Notes: generated from the letters alone by a model not told the origin. Positions 19,484 through 29,799 are shown, counted from the stretch's first letter. The stretch is 64,000 bases of DNA from a bacterium (GCA_965218795.1 OZ244653.1:3008001-3072000); one strand, 5' to 3'. Numbers and translations: made by a program.

Positions 19484-21541
19484 CTAAATCCGGATGACCT
19501 CGCGGTTCTTTTCGGCGTCGGGCCAAGTCCCATAGTACTTCAGGGCTTGGGGATGCGGGCGTTTCTCTGACCACTCCTTGATGAACTCGCCGTAGGGTTT
19601 GCCCTGGCTGAGGCGGGCTTCCCGTTCCGCTTTGCGCAGACGCTCGGTCTCCTCGACGTTCGCCTTCAGGGTTTCCCGATCGTAGGCGACCTGATAGACC
19701 TTCTCCGCCGTCCAATGCGTGATGGCTTTGTTCCGCAAATCTTCCATGACCCTCTCGGGCGGCCGCTCCAAGACGTCGCCGTAGCCCCCTCCCCCCTGGG
19801 TGCTGGAGGTAATGACCTCCCCGCGTCGGACGATGCGCGCCGGGCGGGTCTGGTGCTCCCGAATGATTTCACCCCCGAAAGGGTTGTCCTCGATAAGGTC
19901 ATGGTCATTATCCGGCAGGAGGACCTCTCCCTTCATGAGCTGGGCCTGGACATCGGTATTGACCACTCGGATGGCCGGAACGACGGTCTCCGAATACCCG
20001 CCGAACAGGCCGCAAGTGGTGGGCAGCTTGGATTCTTTGGCCGTGGCCGTAAATACCGCATGCGGGGCCTGATGGACCGTATACGCCACCGCCAAGCCGA
20101 CCCCCCCCCGGTACTTCCCGTATCCGCCGCTGTCGGGCATGGACTTTTGATAGAGGTGCAGCACCGGGAAGGCCCGCTCGATGTCCTCCACGTCGGGCCC
20201 CTTGCCCCATGGCGCGTGGGGGAACCCGAAGACGTCCACCCCGTCCTCGCCGTATCGGGCGGCCAGCCCCCAGGCGTTCAAGGGGAAGGCCATGAAGTCG
20301 ACGATCTTGGCCCCGTGCTGGTTGACGCACGTGATCATCGGAGCGGCCGAGTTGGAGGAAGCAAACCCGCAGACCAGACTTCGCTGCGGGCTGTCAAACA
20401 TCATCTTGGAAAAAACGACCGCCAGGAGAGGAAAAACGGCCGACGCCGTAATGGGCGAGCAGGAAATAGCGGCCTCCGGATCCGGGTCCATGATGGTGCC
20501 CTTCGGAATGATGTAATCGATGGGATCCATCGAACCCGCGGAAATGGGGAAATCATGGAAGGGGAACGCATAGAGATAATGAGCGCAGTGAGCGCGAACG
20601 CTGGGGGACAGAGACTGAAAGCTCCCCTCGTGCTCCGGTGAAGTGCCCGTCATATCGATGACGATCCGATCGCCCTTCTTGTGGATGGCGAGGGGAACCC
20701 GCAGCAGCGCGGCCTCGGAACCGGTCGTATCGATGAACACGACGTGGCGGTACGTCCCGTCGTTCCATTCACTGATTCGCTTGCGGGCGCCGTCCGCGGA
20801 CTCCTTGATCTGCTTCAGAAACAACATCCGGAGGAACTCATTGCCCTTCTTCTGGGCCAAGTTCTGCATGCGGACGCGGATGCGGTCGCAGGCCGCCACC
20901 CGGGCCTTCACGTCGGTGACCTGCATCCGCGGCGCGCGCGACATGAAGTTCTCCATCATCTTCAGTAGATCGGCCTTGAGCTGGTACCCCTCGCCGATCT
21001 TGATGGGGGTGAGCTTCATCCCCTCGTCGTGCCGGGTAATGGCCGTGGTGATCTCCCCGCCGGGCTCCTTGCCCCCCGTCTCCGACTGATGGGCGCCCAC
21101 GACGGTCCACGCGACGAGGGCATCCCCGTTGAAGATGGGCATAATGGCGAACTGATCGGGGTTGTGGATGCCGCCGTAAATCGCTTCGTTGCAGTAATAG
21201 ACGTCCCCCTCGTTCACCTGGACCGTTGGCTCATCCTTGAAATATTTCAGGATGAACTTGACCGGAATCTGCCCGGTGACGGTGTGAAGGTAGGTGCCGC
21301 AAACGGAAGTGACCAGGTCGCCCTCGGCCGTATAGATCCCCGCCATGGAATCGCCCGAGTGGAGCATGCTGGAGATGCCCATCTTGGTCATCACGGCCTT
21401 GCCTTCTTCGACAATGAGGACGAGGTTTTCCGAGTAAATCTCGTAATCGCCCGGGGACAGCTCTTCGATGGACTTCATCGCCTCTCGCGTGACATCCGAA
21501 GGTTTCAGCCCCTGCTCGACGAGATCCATATCAAAGGACAT
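19484..21541 (-). CDS. apcD: Hydantoinase B/oxoprolinase family; acetophenone carboxylase delta-like subunit
   Basis: GGIHNPDQ, AHQSETGG, DSGGYGKYRGG and QGGGGYGDVLER motifs; fourth gene of an alpha-beta-gamma-delta block. Confidence 0.8.
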   Translation of the reverse strand: MSFDMDLVEQGLKPSDVTREAMKSIEELSPGDYEIYSENLVLIVEEGKAVMTKMGISSMLHSGDSMAGIYTAEGDLVTSVCGTYLHTVTGQIPVKFILKYFKDEPTVQVNEGDVYYCNEAIYGGIHNPDQFAIMPIFNGDALVAWTVVGAHQSETGGKEPGGEITTAITRHDEGMKLTPIKIGEGYQLKADLLKMMENFMSRAPRMQVTDVKARVAACDRIRVRMQNLAQKKGNEFLRMLFLKQIKESADGARKRISEWNDGTYRHVVFIDTTGSEAALLRVPLAIHKKGDRIVIDMTGTSPEHEGSFQSLSPSVRAHCAHYLYAFPFHDFPISAGSMDPIDYIIPKGTIMDPDPEAAISCSPITASAVFPLLAVVFSKMMFDSPQRSLVCGFASSNSAAPMITCVNQHGAKIVDFMAFPLNAWGLAARYGEDGVDVFGFPHAPWGKGPDVEDIERAFPVLHLYQKSMPDSGGYGKYRGGVGLAVAYTVHQAPHAVFTATAKESKLPTTCGLFGGYSETVVPAIRVVNTDVQAQLMKGEVLLPDNDHDLIEDNPFGGEIIREHQTRPARIVRRGEVITSSTQGGGGYGDVLERPPERVMEDLRNKAITHWTAEKVYQVAYDRETLKANVEETERLRKAEREARLSQGKPYGEFIKEWSEKRPHPQALKYYGTWPDAEKNREVIRI

Positions 21542-21564
21542 TTCACTTTCTCCCTTCGACTTCC

Positions 21565-23694
21565 TTAGATCATTTTGAGAAGGCCGTTCTTGAACTCGTC
21601 CATGACGAACCGCCAGCCGGGCTCCACGACGATGGTGGTGTCCTCGGCCTCCACGATGGCCGGCCCGTCGAATGTGTGGCCGACATCGAGCTGTTGACGT
21701 CCGTAGATGGGCGTTTCCTGCAAACCGATGTCCGGCCAGTGGGCCGGACGGGTGCCGATCTGAGCGGCGGATGCATCCGTCTTCGCGGGTTGCAGTTTCT
21801 GGACCTCCGGCTTGGTGCCGGGTACGGTGGCCCGGAGCACGAAATTCTCGATTTCAACGCCGGCCTCCGGCGTCAGCCCCATCGGGCTGTAGGCCTCGCT
21901 GTATTCCTTCTCGAAGGCCGCATAAATCGTACGGATATCGTCCGGCCCCTTGACCTTCATGACCGGGGAAATCGCGCGTTTCACGTTGAGCTGGCCTCCG
22001 AACTTCATGTCCAGCTCGAGCATCCATTGAACCTGGTTGATATCGAGCCCCTCGCCACGAAAGTCCTGCTGTGCCCGATCCATCAATTCATCGACCACGG
22101 CATTGAAGGTGTCGTAATCGTCAAACAGGTTGCTTTTGAAATCCATCAGATGAAGGTGCAGAGACTTTTCGTACAGGTGGACCATGTCCATGGTAGCGGA
22201 GCCGAAGGCGCAAAAGGTCGAGGCGAAGGAGAACACCACAATCGTTTCCAGTTGAGCGAACGAGGCGAAACCGGTGGCGTGGACCGGCCCTGCGCCCCCG
22301 ACGGCAAATAGGATGAACTCCCGCGGATCAAACCCCTTGAGGACGGTTTCCTTGTATATCTCCCCACCCATATTGGCATCGACCACCCGCTTGGCCAGCT
22401 GGGCGGCGTCTTCCACGCTGACGCCAAGGGGGGCGGCCACATGGTCCTGGATCGCCTTGACCGACAGTTCCTTGTTCAGCTTGAGACGGCCTCCATGGAA
22501 GGTGTCCGGGTTGATATAGCCCAGCACCACATCGGCGTCTGTGACGGTGGGCTGGGTCCCGCCCTGGTTGTAGCAGGCGGGGCCGGGGTGAGACCCTGCG
22601 CTTTCCGGGCCCACCTCCACTTGATTCCCCAGAAGGGGGTTCACGCGGATGATGGAGCCGCCGCCTGCGCCGATGGACCGGACGTCGAGCATCGTGGCGT
22701 CCACGACCCATCGGTCGATGATGGGCTGAAACTGGTAAAACCGGGTGCTGCCCTCCGCGACCATCCCGATGTCGAAGCTGGTTCCCCCCATATCGGCGCT
22801 GATCACGTTCTTGTACCCGTATTGGGGCGCCAGGTAGAAACTGCCCATGACGCCGGCGACCGGGCCGCCGTTGTACGTGTTGACGGCCGACGTCTTGAAC
22901 ACCGACGCCATCCCCCCCGTGTTGTGGATCATCATGAGGGGCCGCTTGTACCGGCGCTCGCGCAGCTCCTCGGTGATTCCGATCAGTCCCGCGTACATGG
23001 ACTGATGGAGATAAGCGCTGAGGATGGTCATCATCGTGCGGGGGTATTCGTATATGCGCGGAGCGATCTCGACGGACAGGAACACGGGCATGTTGCCCAG
23101 ATAGGAGTCATTGTATTCCTGGCTGATCAATTCCTTGATGCGCTGCTCGTGCGCCGGGTTGACGAAGGACCACAGAAGAGAGACCACGAACGCCCGGGCC
23201 CCCCGATCCACGAGGCCGCGCAGTTGTTCCAGAAACACTTCCTCGTTCAAGGGGTAGATGACGTCACCGTTGGAGTCGATACGCTCCTTGACCCCCACGA
23301 CCATCGTTTTTTCGATGAGCGGTTCGGGCCGCTGGATTCGGGCGATGTTGCGCGCGAACTTGAACGGGATCCCGTCCGCCCATTGGCTGCACCGGCCGAT
23401 GAACACGGTATCCTCGAATCCGTGGGTCATGATGAGCGCCAACTTGGGCCCCACGCGCTCGATGAGCTTGTTCATGGCCAGCGTGGTCGAGTAGCGGATG
23501 ATCTCCGTCTCGGACAGCAGTTCCTCCACCGGCATGTCCAGGCGGTCGGCGCTTTCCTCGATGGCCTCCATCATGCACACGGACAAGTCGTAGGCCGTCG
23601 TGCGGGCCTTGCACCACACCTCCTCCCCGTTGCGCGTGACGTAACAGTCCGTGAAGGTTCCGCCGATGTCGATATCAATGGCTGTCTGCGCCAT
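21565..23694 (-). CDS. apcC: Hydantoinase A family; acetophenone carboxylase gamma-like subunit
   Basis: IDIDIGGTFTD, IRYSTT, DMGGTSFD, SIGAGGGS, GPACY and PTVTDAD motifs. Confidence 0.8.
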   Translation of the reverse strand: MAQTAIDIDIGGTFTDCYVTRNGEEVWCKARTTAYDLSVCMMEAIEESADRLDMPVEELLSETEIIRYSTTLAMNKLIERVGPKLALIMTHGFEDTVFIGRCSQWADGIPFKFARNIARIQRPEPLIEKTMVVGVKERIDSNGDVIYPLNEEVFLEQLRGLVDRGARAFVVSLLWSFVNPAHEQRIKELISQEYNDSYLGNMPVFLSVEIAPRIYEYPRTMMTILSAYLHQSMYAGLIGITEELRERRYKRPLMMIHNTGGMASVFKTSAVNTYNGGPVAGVMGSFYLAPQYGYKNVISADMGGTSFDIGMVAEGSTRFYQFQPIIDRWVVDATMLDVRSIGAGGGSIIRVNPLLGNQVEVGPESAGSHPGPACYNQGGTQPTVTDADVVLGYINPDTFHGGRLKLNKELSVKAIQDHVAAPLGVSVEDAAQLAKRVVDANMGGEIYKETVLKGFDPREFILFAVGGAGPVHATGFASFAQLETIVVFSFASTFCAFGSATMDMVHLYEKSLHLHLMDFKSNLFDDYDTFNAVVDELMDRAQQDFRGEGLDINQVQWMLELDMKFGGQLNVKRAISPVMKVKGPDDIRTIYAAFEKEYSEAYSPMGLTPEAGVEIENFVLRATVPGTKPEVQKLQPAKTDASAAQIGTRPAHWPDIGLQETPIYGRQQLDVGHTFDGPAIVEAEDTTIVVEPGWRFVMDEFKNGLLKMI

Positions 23695-23712
23695 GCTGCT
23701 CCCCTTGTCCGC

Positions 23713-24045
23713 TCAAAGTCCGTGCTTCGCCTTCAGGGCGTCGATGTCCAACTCGATGTCGAACGTGATCGGATGGCCCGGAGGAAGATACTCCACCTCG
23801 AGCATCGTCGCGCAACCCGGACAATAGAACTCGACGATTCGGCACCATTCCGGATCCGGGGCGAACCCGTACTCCCCTTCCACCACCGGGCGGTGAACCT
23901 CTCTCGGGTCCCGGTCGGCCACCAGGCACCCTTCCTTGTAATTCCCTCTGGCCGGACCCAAGCCGTGCCTGCACACCTTGCAATGCCAGAATTCCTTCTC
24001 CAAATCGATTTCCAGGTACTCGGTGATTTGAGGCCGGGCACTCAT
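23713..24045 (-). CDS. apcB: Acetone carboxylase gamma family; acetophenone carboxylase beta-like subunit
   Basis: ITEYLEIDL, CKVC, NYKEGCLV, FAPDPEW, EFYCPGC and EYLPPGHP: the 4-Cys small subunit typical of Apc. Confidence 0.85.
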   Translation of the reverse strand: MSARPQITEYLEIDLEKEFWHCKVCRHGLGPARGNYKEGCLVADRDPREVHRPVVEGEYGFAPDPEWCRIVEFYCPGCATMLEVEYLPPGHPITFDIELDIDALKAKHGL

Positions 24046-26036
24046 GATGACACCTCCAACAACCCGTTTCCGGATGGATCCGTCTTGAACGTGGTCTTAT
24101 CGGGGACGAGCACAGAGGTGTACTCGCTTTCGACGATCGCCGGCCCGGACACCTCGGAGCCGAGCGGGAGGCGATCCAGCCCGTACACCGCCGCCTCGGA
24201 CTCTCCGGAGGGCAGTCGGAGCTTGCGCGTTCCTTGTTGGGCTTGGGCAACGTCGTCGGCCCGTTCTCCTCTCGCCGCGGTGTCCGGATGCGGCGCCGAG
24301 CAGGCCGCGGTGAGGCGCACGATGACGTACTGGCCATTGCCCGGGAGATTGGAAACGAACTGTTCCAGCTCAGGCGGAATCCGGGCGTTTCGAAACGGAG
24401 CCGTCTGTTGAGCCAGAGACTCCATGCCAGCCAGGCAGTCCACATCGAGCGTGCAGCGCATCATCTCCTCGGCGAAGCCTTCCCCCCGCATGTCGCGGGC
24501 AGCCATTGACCTCAGACCTTGGGCGGCCCCGCTCAGCAGGACCGGATCGACAGAGCCGTTTACCACGGGACAGATTTCTTCGTAAACGTGGGTTACGTCC
24601 AGTGTGCTCGCGCCGAAGGCTGAAAATACGGCGCCGAATGCCGGGACGTACACCTCCGCCATGTTCAGCTTTCGAGCCAGGCCCGCCGCCAGCAGCCCGG
24701 CCCCGCCACCAAAGGCGTAGAGGGTGGCGCCTTGCAGCGAAACGCCGGAGGGCAGGGCGACTTGCTCGGCGATCTGTTTTCCGAGCGCGCTTTCAATGGC
24801 GTCCTTCGCCGTGAGTGCAGCTTCGGCCGGATCGACGCCCATGGGCTCGGCCAGCTTGTCCCGGATTACGTCGCGGGCCTTGTCGGCGTCCAACGTCTTC
24901 CGTCCGCCCAGGTATTCATCCGGCGAGAGATAGCCGAGCGTCAGCCAGACATCCGTGGGCGTCACTTCCGACCCGCCCAGTCCAAAGGCGGCCGGTCCGG
25001 GAACCGCTCCCTGGCTGTCCGGACCGACGGAGATCCCGTGGGGGGAGTTGAGCCGGATGATCGAGCCGCCTCCCACGCCGAAAGACACGATCCTCGGTAT
25101 CCTCTGAGCGACCTGGACACCGTTGATGGGCAGATAATCGGCCCTGACGGAGGCGCCTCTGGCAATCAGCGAGACATCGGACGTGGTGCCCCCGACGTCG
25201 ATGCTGAGCACCCGATCGTGACCCACAGCACCCGCGAGTACGTGCGCGCCGCGCACTCCGGCCGCCGGCCCGGATTGATACGTATTGATAACACGGGTCT
25301 TGGCCACCCGGGTGACACCGTAATCCGCAGTGACGATCAACAGGGGGTAGCGGTAGCCGTTCCTCCTGACCTGGTCCTCGGCCTTGTAGAGAGAGTTGAC
25401 CATGCTGCGGTGAAAATAGGCGTTCACGATCGCCGTGTTGGTCCGGATCTCGTCGCTGGGGACTCTCGAAACATGATGGGAAACCAGCATGGGCACCGCG
25501 CCGAGGTAATGGCGGGGGTAGGCCGAGTCGATGGCCCCCCTGACCGCCATTTCATTGGCCGGATTCAGGTGGGCGTTCCGCAGGCTGATCACCAGGGTAC
25601 GGGCCCCGTTCTCCAGCAGAAACCGCACGCGCGCGTCCAGCTGTTCGGGGTCGGGCGGGCGAACCACCTCGCCCTTCCCGCTGGTTTCCTCTGAAATGCC
25701 GACCACCATCTGTGGAGGGACAAACGTTGTGATCGGACTGTCGGAGGCGTTGGAATAGAGGTTCTTCTCGGCGCCTTCGGTTACGATGACGCCCAATTTG
25801 GGGCCGGAGAGCTGGACGGCCGTATTGGTGGCTATGGTGGAAGAAAAACGGATGACGCCGGTCTGCTCGAGCAGCTCCGGTGTTGCGAATCCAAGACGGC
25901 GGGCGCCCTCTTCAATGCAGGAAAAAAAGCAGACTGTGAGATCGTGGGGCGTGGTCTCGACCTTAACGCTGATGCCGCTCCCGGAGATGTATCCGTCCGT
26001 AAAGGTGCCCCCGGTGTCGATATCAATGGTGTACAA
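24042..26036 (-). CDS. apcA: Hydantoinase A family; acetophenone carboxylase alpha-like subunit
   Basis: (M)YTIDIDTGGTFTD, KVETTPHDLTV, YPRHYLGAVP and DVGGTTSD motifs. Probable TTG start at 26036 after GGAGG. Confidence 0.8.
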   Translation of the reverse strand: MYTIDIDTGGTFTDGYISGSGISVKVETTPHDLTVCFFSCIEEGARRLGFATPELLEQTGVIRFSSTIATNTAVQLSGPKLGVIVTEGAEKNLYSNASDSPITTFVPPQMVVGISEETSGKGEVVRPPDPEQLDARVRFLLENGARTLVISLRNAHLNPANEMAVRGAIDSAYPRHYLGAVPMLVSHHVSRVPSDEIRTNTAIVNAYFHRSMVNSLYKAEDQVRRNGYRYPLLIVTADYGVTRVAKTRVINTYQSGPAAGVRGAHVLAGAVGHDRVLSIDVGGTTSDVSLIARGASVRADYLPINGVQVAQRIPRIVSFGVGGGSIIRLNSPHGISVGPDSQGAVPGPAAFGLGGSEVTPTDVWLTLGYLSPDEYLGGRKTLDADKARDVIRDKLAEPMGVDPAEAALTAKDAIESALGKQIAEQVALPSGVSLQGATLYAFGGGAGLLAAGLARKLNMAEVYVPAFGAVFSAFGASTLDVTHVYEEICPVVNGSVDPVLLSGAAQGLRSMAARDMRGEGFAEEMMRCTLDVDCLAGMESLAQQTAPFRNARIPPELEQFVSNLPGNGQYVIVRLTAACSAPHPDTAARGERADDVAQAQQGTRKLRLPSGESEAAVYGLDRLPLGSEVSGPAIVESEYTSVLVPDKTTFKTDPSGNGLLEVSS

Positions 26037-26255
26037 ACGCTCGCCTCCCCGCCCCAGGCCCATGGAACCACGTCCAAGACCCGCTTCCACCTTTGGCCAC
26101 GATCGCAATCATCGACCCTTGTCGAGGACTTGAGGGCCGACAATCAATCATCTGAATTGTTTACGGAGAACCACCTGAATTCTCTGAATTCTACCTCATT
26201 GAAAAAAAATTATCTCACAAAAATTCGCTGGAGGGGAATTCCTCATTTCCTCCGC

Positions 26256-27104
26256 TCAAAGCTTCAGAAGCTTCCTGGCGTTCTCGTAAAGGATCTTCCG
26301 ATGCAGTTCTTCCTTGAACCCGGCCTGCCCGAAATCCTTCAGCCATCGTTCCGCCGTGAGAACGGGATAATCGGAACCGAACAGGACCTTGTCCCCCAAT
26401 GCGTAGTTGGCGTAGCGGACCAGGGAAGGCGGAAAGTATTTGGGAGACCATCCGGAAAGGTCCATGTAGACGTTGGACTTGTGCATGGCGACGGCCAGCA
26501 TTTCCTCCTGCCAAGGCCAGGCCGGATGGACGCCGATAATGGTCAGTTCGGGAAAGTCCGCGGCCACATCGTCCAGATACGGAATGGGCTGGCTGTATTT
26601 GAGCTTCATGCCCAGGCCGCCGGGAGCCCCCGCCCCGACCCCGCACATCCCCATGTGGAAGATGCAGGGAAGTTCCAGTTCCGCGCATTTCTCCCAGAGA
26701 GGATAGAATCGGTGGTCGTTCATGTAGAAAGCCTGCTCGCTGGCATGAAACTTCATGCCGATCAGTCCGAGGTCGCGCACGCGCTCGACCGCTTGTTTCC
26801 CTTTCCAGGGATCCACGCTCCCGAATCCGAGAAAAATATCCGGGTGCTTCTTGACGGCCGCGGCCACATGATCGTTCGAGACGGCGGGGGTGCCGAAGTG
26901 GCTCTCGCAATCCAGCGCCAACAAAACGGCAATCGTATTCAGCGAGCGGTAGTTGTCGGCTGTTTCGTCCAAACTGACGGGGGGCATCTTCCGCCGGAAA
27001 TACTTTTCGGCGTACTCCTGGAACTTGCCCATCAAGGCAATGTTCGCCTCATCGGCGGGGTGGACATGAATATCGATTGCAGTCGGCTCCCGGATCAGGG
27101 GCAT
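26256..27104 (-). CDS. Amidohydrolase-2 family, CouO-like (hydroxyphenyl-beta-ketoacyl-CoA hydrolase)
   Basis: AIDIHVH, GVGAGAPGGLGMKLKYSQP, DDVAADFP, HPAWPWQEE, HKSNVYMDLSGWSPKYFP and KVLFGSDYP are motifs characteristic of the CouO clade as recalled. Confidence 0.75.
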   Translation of the reverse strand: MPLIREPTAIDIHVHPADEANIALMGKFQEYAEKYFRRKMPPVSLDETADNYRSLNTIAVLLALDCESHFGTPAVSNDHVAAAVKKHPDIFLGFGSVDPWKGKQAVERVRDLGLIGMKFHASEQAFYMNDHRFYPLWEKCAELELPCIFHMGMCGVGAGAPGGLGMKLKYSQPIPYLDDVAADFPELTIIGVHPAWPWQEEMLAVAMHKSNVYMDLSGWSPKYFPPSLVRYANYALGDKVLFGSDYPVLTAERWLKDFGQAGFKEELHRKILYENARKLLKL

Positions 27105-27165
27105 GGCTCCTCATCTCTCGTTCTGTGTGAAGAAGGAGTTCCGGTCCGGTGATTCGCCGCCTGCT

Positions 27166-27852
27166 TCAGCCGACGGCCTTGGAGGTCCGGACCTCCAGAG
27201 GTTTCAGATCGTCCGCCACCCTCAGCCGCGGTTCCGTCAATGCCTGCAATTCACCAACGCTTACGCCCGGCAGGAGCTCTCGAAGCCATAGACCGTCTTC
27301 CTCGATGTCGATAACAGCCAAGTCCGTTATGATACGGTTGACAGCGCCCTTGGCCGTCAGGGGGTAGGAGCATTCCCTGACGATCTTCGGCGAGCCGTCT
27401 TTGGCGGCGTGGGTCATGATGACGATCAGGTGTTTTGCGCCCGCCGCGATATCCATGGCCCCGCCCATGCCGCCGAACGTCCTCCCCGGCGCCTGCCAAT
27501 TGGCGATGTCGCCTCTTTCGGAGACCTGATAAGCGCCCAGAATGCATACGTCCAGATGGCCGCCGCGAAGCATCGTGAAGGAAAGGTCCGATGGGAAGAA
27601 AGAGGCTCCGGGGAAAAGGGTGACGGGCTCCTTTCCGGCATTGATGAGGTCGATGTCCCGATGACTTCCTTCTGCGTGAGGGCCGATGCCGAGGATCCCG
27701 TTTTCCCCGTGAAGCATGATCTCAATGCTGGGGTCGACGTAACTCCCCACCAAAGTCGGGATCCCCTGGCCGAGGTTCACGTAGTCCCCATCCTTCAGTT
27801 CCTGAGCCGCCCTTCGGGCCAACTCCTCCCTAGTCAACCCAGGTGGGGTCAT
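27166..27852 (-). CDS. 3-oxoacid CoA-transferase subunit B
   Basis: YVNLGQGIPT, HGENG (catalytic Glu), LINAGK, RGGHLD and GMGGAMD motifs. Confidence 0.93.
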   Translation of the reverse strand: MTPPGLTREELARRAAQELKDGDYVNLGQGIPTLVGSYVDPSIEIMLHGENGILGIGPHAEGSHRDIDLINAGKEPVTLFPGASFFPSDLSFTMLRGGHLDVCILGAYQVSERGDIANWQAPGRTFGGMGGAMDIAAGAKHLIVIMTHAAKDGSPKIVRECSYPLTAKGAVNRIITDLAVIDIEEDGLWLRELLPGVSVGELQALTEPRLRVADDLKPLEVRTSKAVG

Positions 27853-28516
27853 AGCGCTCTCCCTTCACAACGCGTTGAACGAATATGCCGGGCGTCACGA
27901 CGGCCTCGGGCGTGATGTTTCCAACTTCCACGACCTCTTCCACTTCCGCAATGGTGACCCGGGCGGCGGCGGCCATCACGGGATTGAAGTTGCGGCCCGC
28001 CAGTCGATAGACGAGATTGCCCAATCGGTCGGCCTTTTGGGCTTCAATCAATGCGAAATCAGCCGCAAGGGGCAGTTCCAGAACGTACTCCCTCCCGTTG
28101 ATGCGCCGGACTTCCTTGCCTTCCGCTACGGGGGTGCCTACTCCCGTGGGGGTGAAAATGGCTCCCAAGCCCGCTGCAGCGGCTCTCATCCGCTCCACTA
28201 TCGTCCCCTGGGGGACGAGCTCGAGCTCTGTCTCTCCCGCCTTCAACCGCTCTTCGAAGGCGTCACTCGCGCCCGGAACCGGGAAACTCGCGTACAGCTT
28301 CTTGATCTGGTTGTTGCGGAACAGCATGGCGATGCCGCGTTCTTGCGAGCCGGCCGAGTTGGAAATCACGGTCAGGTTTTTGACGCCTTGCCCGGCCAGG
28401 GCGCGGATAAGGTTTTCGGGAACGCCGGAGTCCCCGAAGCCCCCCACCATGATCACGGCTTCGTCCGGTATGTCCGCCACGGCCGCGGCGGTGTTTTGAT
28501 AGGTCTTGTCGATCAT
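27830..28516 (-). CDS. 3-oxoacid CoA-transferase subunit A
   Basis: MVGGFG, PQGTIVERMRA, FTPTGVGT, GNLVYR, NFNPVMA and VVTPGIFV motifs. Confidence 0.93.
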   Translation of the reverse strand: MIDKTYQNTAAAVADIPDEAVIMVGGFGDSGVPENLIRALAGQGVKNLTVISNSAGSQERGIAMLFRNNQIKKLYASFPVPGASDAFEERLKAGETELELVPQGTIVERMRAAAAGLGAIFTPTGVGTPVAEGKEVRRINGREYVLELPLAADFALIEAQKADRLGNLVYRLAGRNFNPVMAAAARVTIAEVEEVVEVGNITPEAVVTPGIFVQRVVKGERYDPTWVD

Positions 28517-28568
28517 GGGTCGATTCTTCTCGATGGGTCACCCAGTATGGAGGACTCAGCAATGGATG

Positions 28569-28659
28569 TTGACATAGGATCCCGCCCTCTGTAAAGTATC
28601 GCCACCTTTGCCCAGGCTTTGGGTCGAAAATGGGAAATATCCGGTATCCCAACCGGATA
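28569..28659 (+). promoter_or_regulatory. Sigma70-like promoter plus downstream inverted-repeat operator candidate
   Basis: TTGACA (28569)-17 nt-TAAAGT (28592), then tatccggt-N6-accggata (28638-28659), in the divergent intergenic region. Confidence 0.5.
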
Positions 28660-28698
28660 ATGGTTTTCGTCACGCGCCGGGCGCTCGCGGGACTCCCA

Positions 28699-29799
28699 AT
28701 GGCCGAAATTCGATTTGAACATGTCTGGAAGCGTTACGGGAACGTCGAGGCGGTCAAGGATCTGAACCTGAAGTGCGAGGACGGCGAGTTCCTCGCGCTG
28801 CTGGGCCCTTCCGGCTGCGGCAAGACCTCCAGCCTGCGGATGCTGGCCGGACTGGAAGTCATTTCCGAGGGTGACCTGTACATCGGCGACAATCGGGTCA
28901 ACGATATCTCGCCGAAGGGCCGGGACATCTCGATGGTCTTCGAGGATTACGCCCTCTATCCCCACATGTCCGTTTACAATAATATTGCGTTTCCCCTCAA
29001 GATCAGGGACTTCGAACGGTCCGAGATCGAGCAGCGCGTCCAGCGCGCGCTGACGATGCTTGGACTGAAGGATATTCGGGATGAGAACGTTCAGCGCCTG
29101 AGCGGGGGCGCGCAGCAGCGTATTTCCATCGGCCGCGCCATTGTACGGGAGCCTCAAGTCCTTCTGATGGATGAGCCCATCTCGCATCTGGACAGCGCGC
29201 ATAAGGTCGAGCTCCGGGGTGAGTTGAAACGGCTTCAGCGCAATCTCGGCGTAACGACAGTGTATGTCACCCACGATCAGATCGAGGCCATCGCCCTGGC
29301 GGACCGGGTGGCCGTGATGAATCTGGGCGTGCTTCAGCAGTTGGGTCCTCCGGAGGAATTGTACGATCAGCCGGCCAACCTGTTCGTTGCCGGTTTCATC
29401 GGGGAGCCGCCGATGAATTTCATTCCATGCGAGGTGGATTCCGTTGGGCGATGCCTGAAGGGTGTTGATTTCGAGGTTCCTGCCTCGAAGGTCCTCCTGG
29501 AAGGTCTGTCCGGTCATGGAGGGAATCGTCTGGTGCTGGGCATCCGGCCCGCGAACCTGAAGATTGAAATGGCGCCTTCAAACGGGCTCCCGCGCGGGAA
29601 GGTGTTTTCTATCGAGCCTCGGGGGGACTCAGCCGTTGTCATGGTGGAGATGGGGTCGCATCGTCTTCTGTCCGAATCGCCTGTCAATCTGGATCTGCAG
29701 GAAGACGCGGTGGTGGGGCTCTCGTTCGACGAAGAGCAAATCCATGTGTTCGAGGCCGAAGGAGGGACTCGCATAACGACTGGTTTGGGAAGGACTTGA
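28699..29799 (+). CDS. CUT1 ABC transporter ATP-binding protein (MalK-like)
   Basis: GPSGCGKT, LSGGAQQR, LLMDEP, YVTHDQ, FIGEPPMN and a TOBE domain. Confidence 0.93.
   Translation: MAEIRFEHVWKRYGNVEAVKDLNLKCEDGEFLALLGPSGCGKTSSLRMLAGLEVISEGDLYIGDNRVNDISPKGRDISMVFEDYALYPHMSVYNNIAFPLKIRDFERSEIEQRVQRALTMLGLKDIRDENVQRLSGGAQQRISIGRAIVREPQVLLMDEPISHLDSAHKVELRGELKRLQRNLGVTTVYVTHDQIEAIALADRVAVMNLGVLQQLGPPEELYDQPANLFVAGFIGEPPMNFIPCEVDSVGRCLKGVDFEVPASKVLLEGLSGHGGNRLVLGIRPANLKIEMAPSNGLPRGKVFSIEPRGDSAVVMVEMGSHRLLSESPVNLDLQEDAVVGLSFDEEQIHVFEAEGGTRITTGLGRT

Noticed and set aside
19484-26036. Acetone carboxylase acxABC or simple hydantoinase/5-oxoprolinase
   Set aside because: Two hydantoinase-A-type genes flanking the small Cys subunit, plus one B-type gene, match the four-subunit Apc core architecture.
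26150-26195. Three ctgaatt repeats and an A8 run upstream of apcA
   Set aside because: Short and irregularly spaced; could be a regulator site but support is insufficient.
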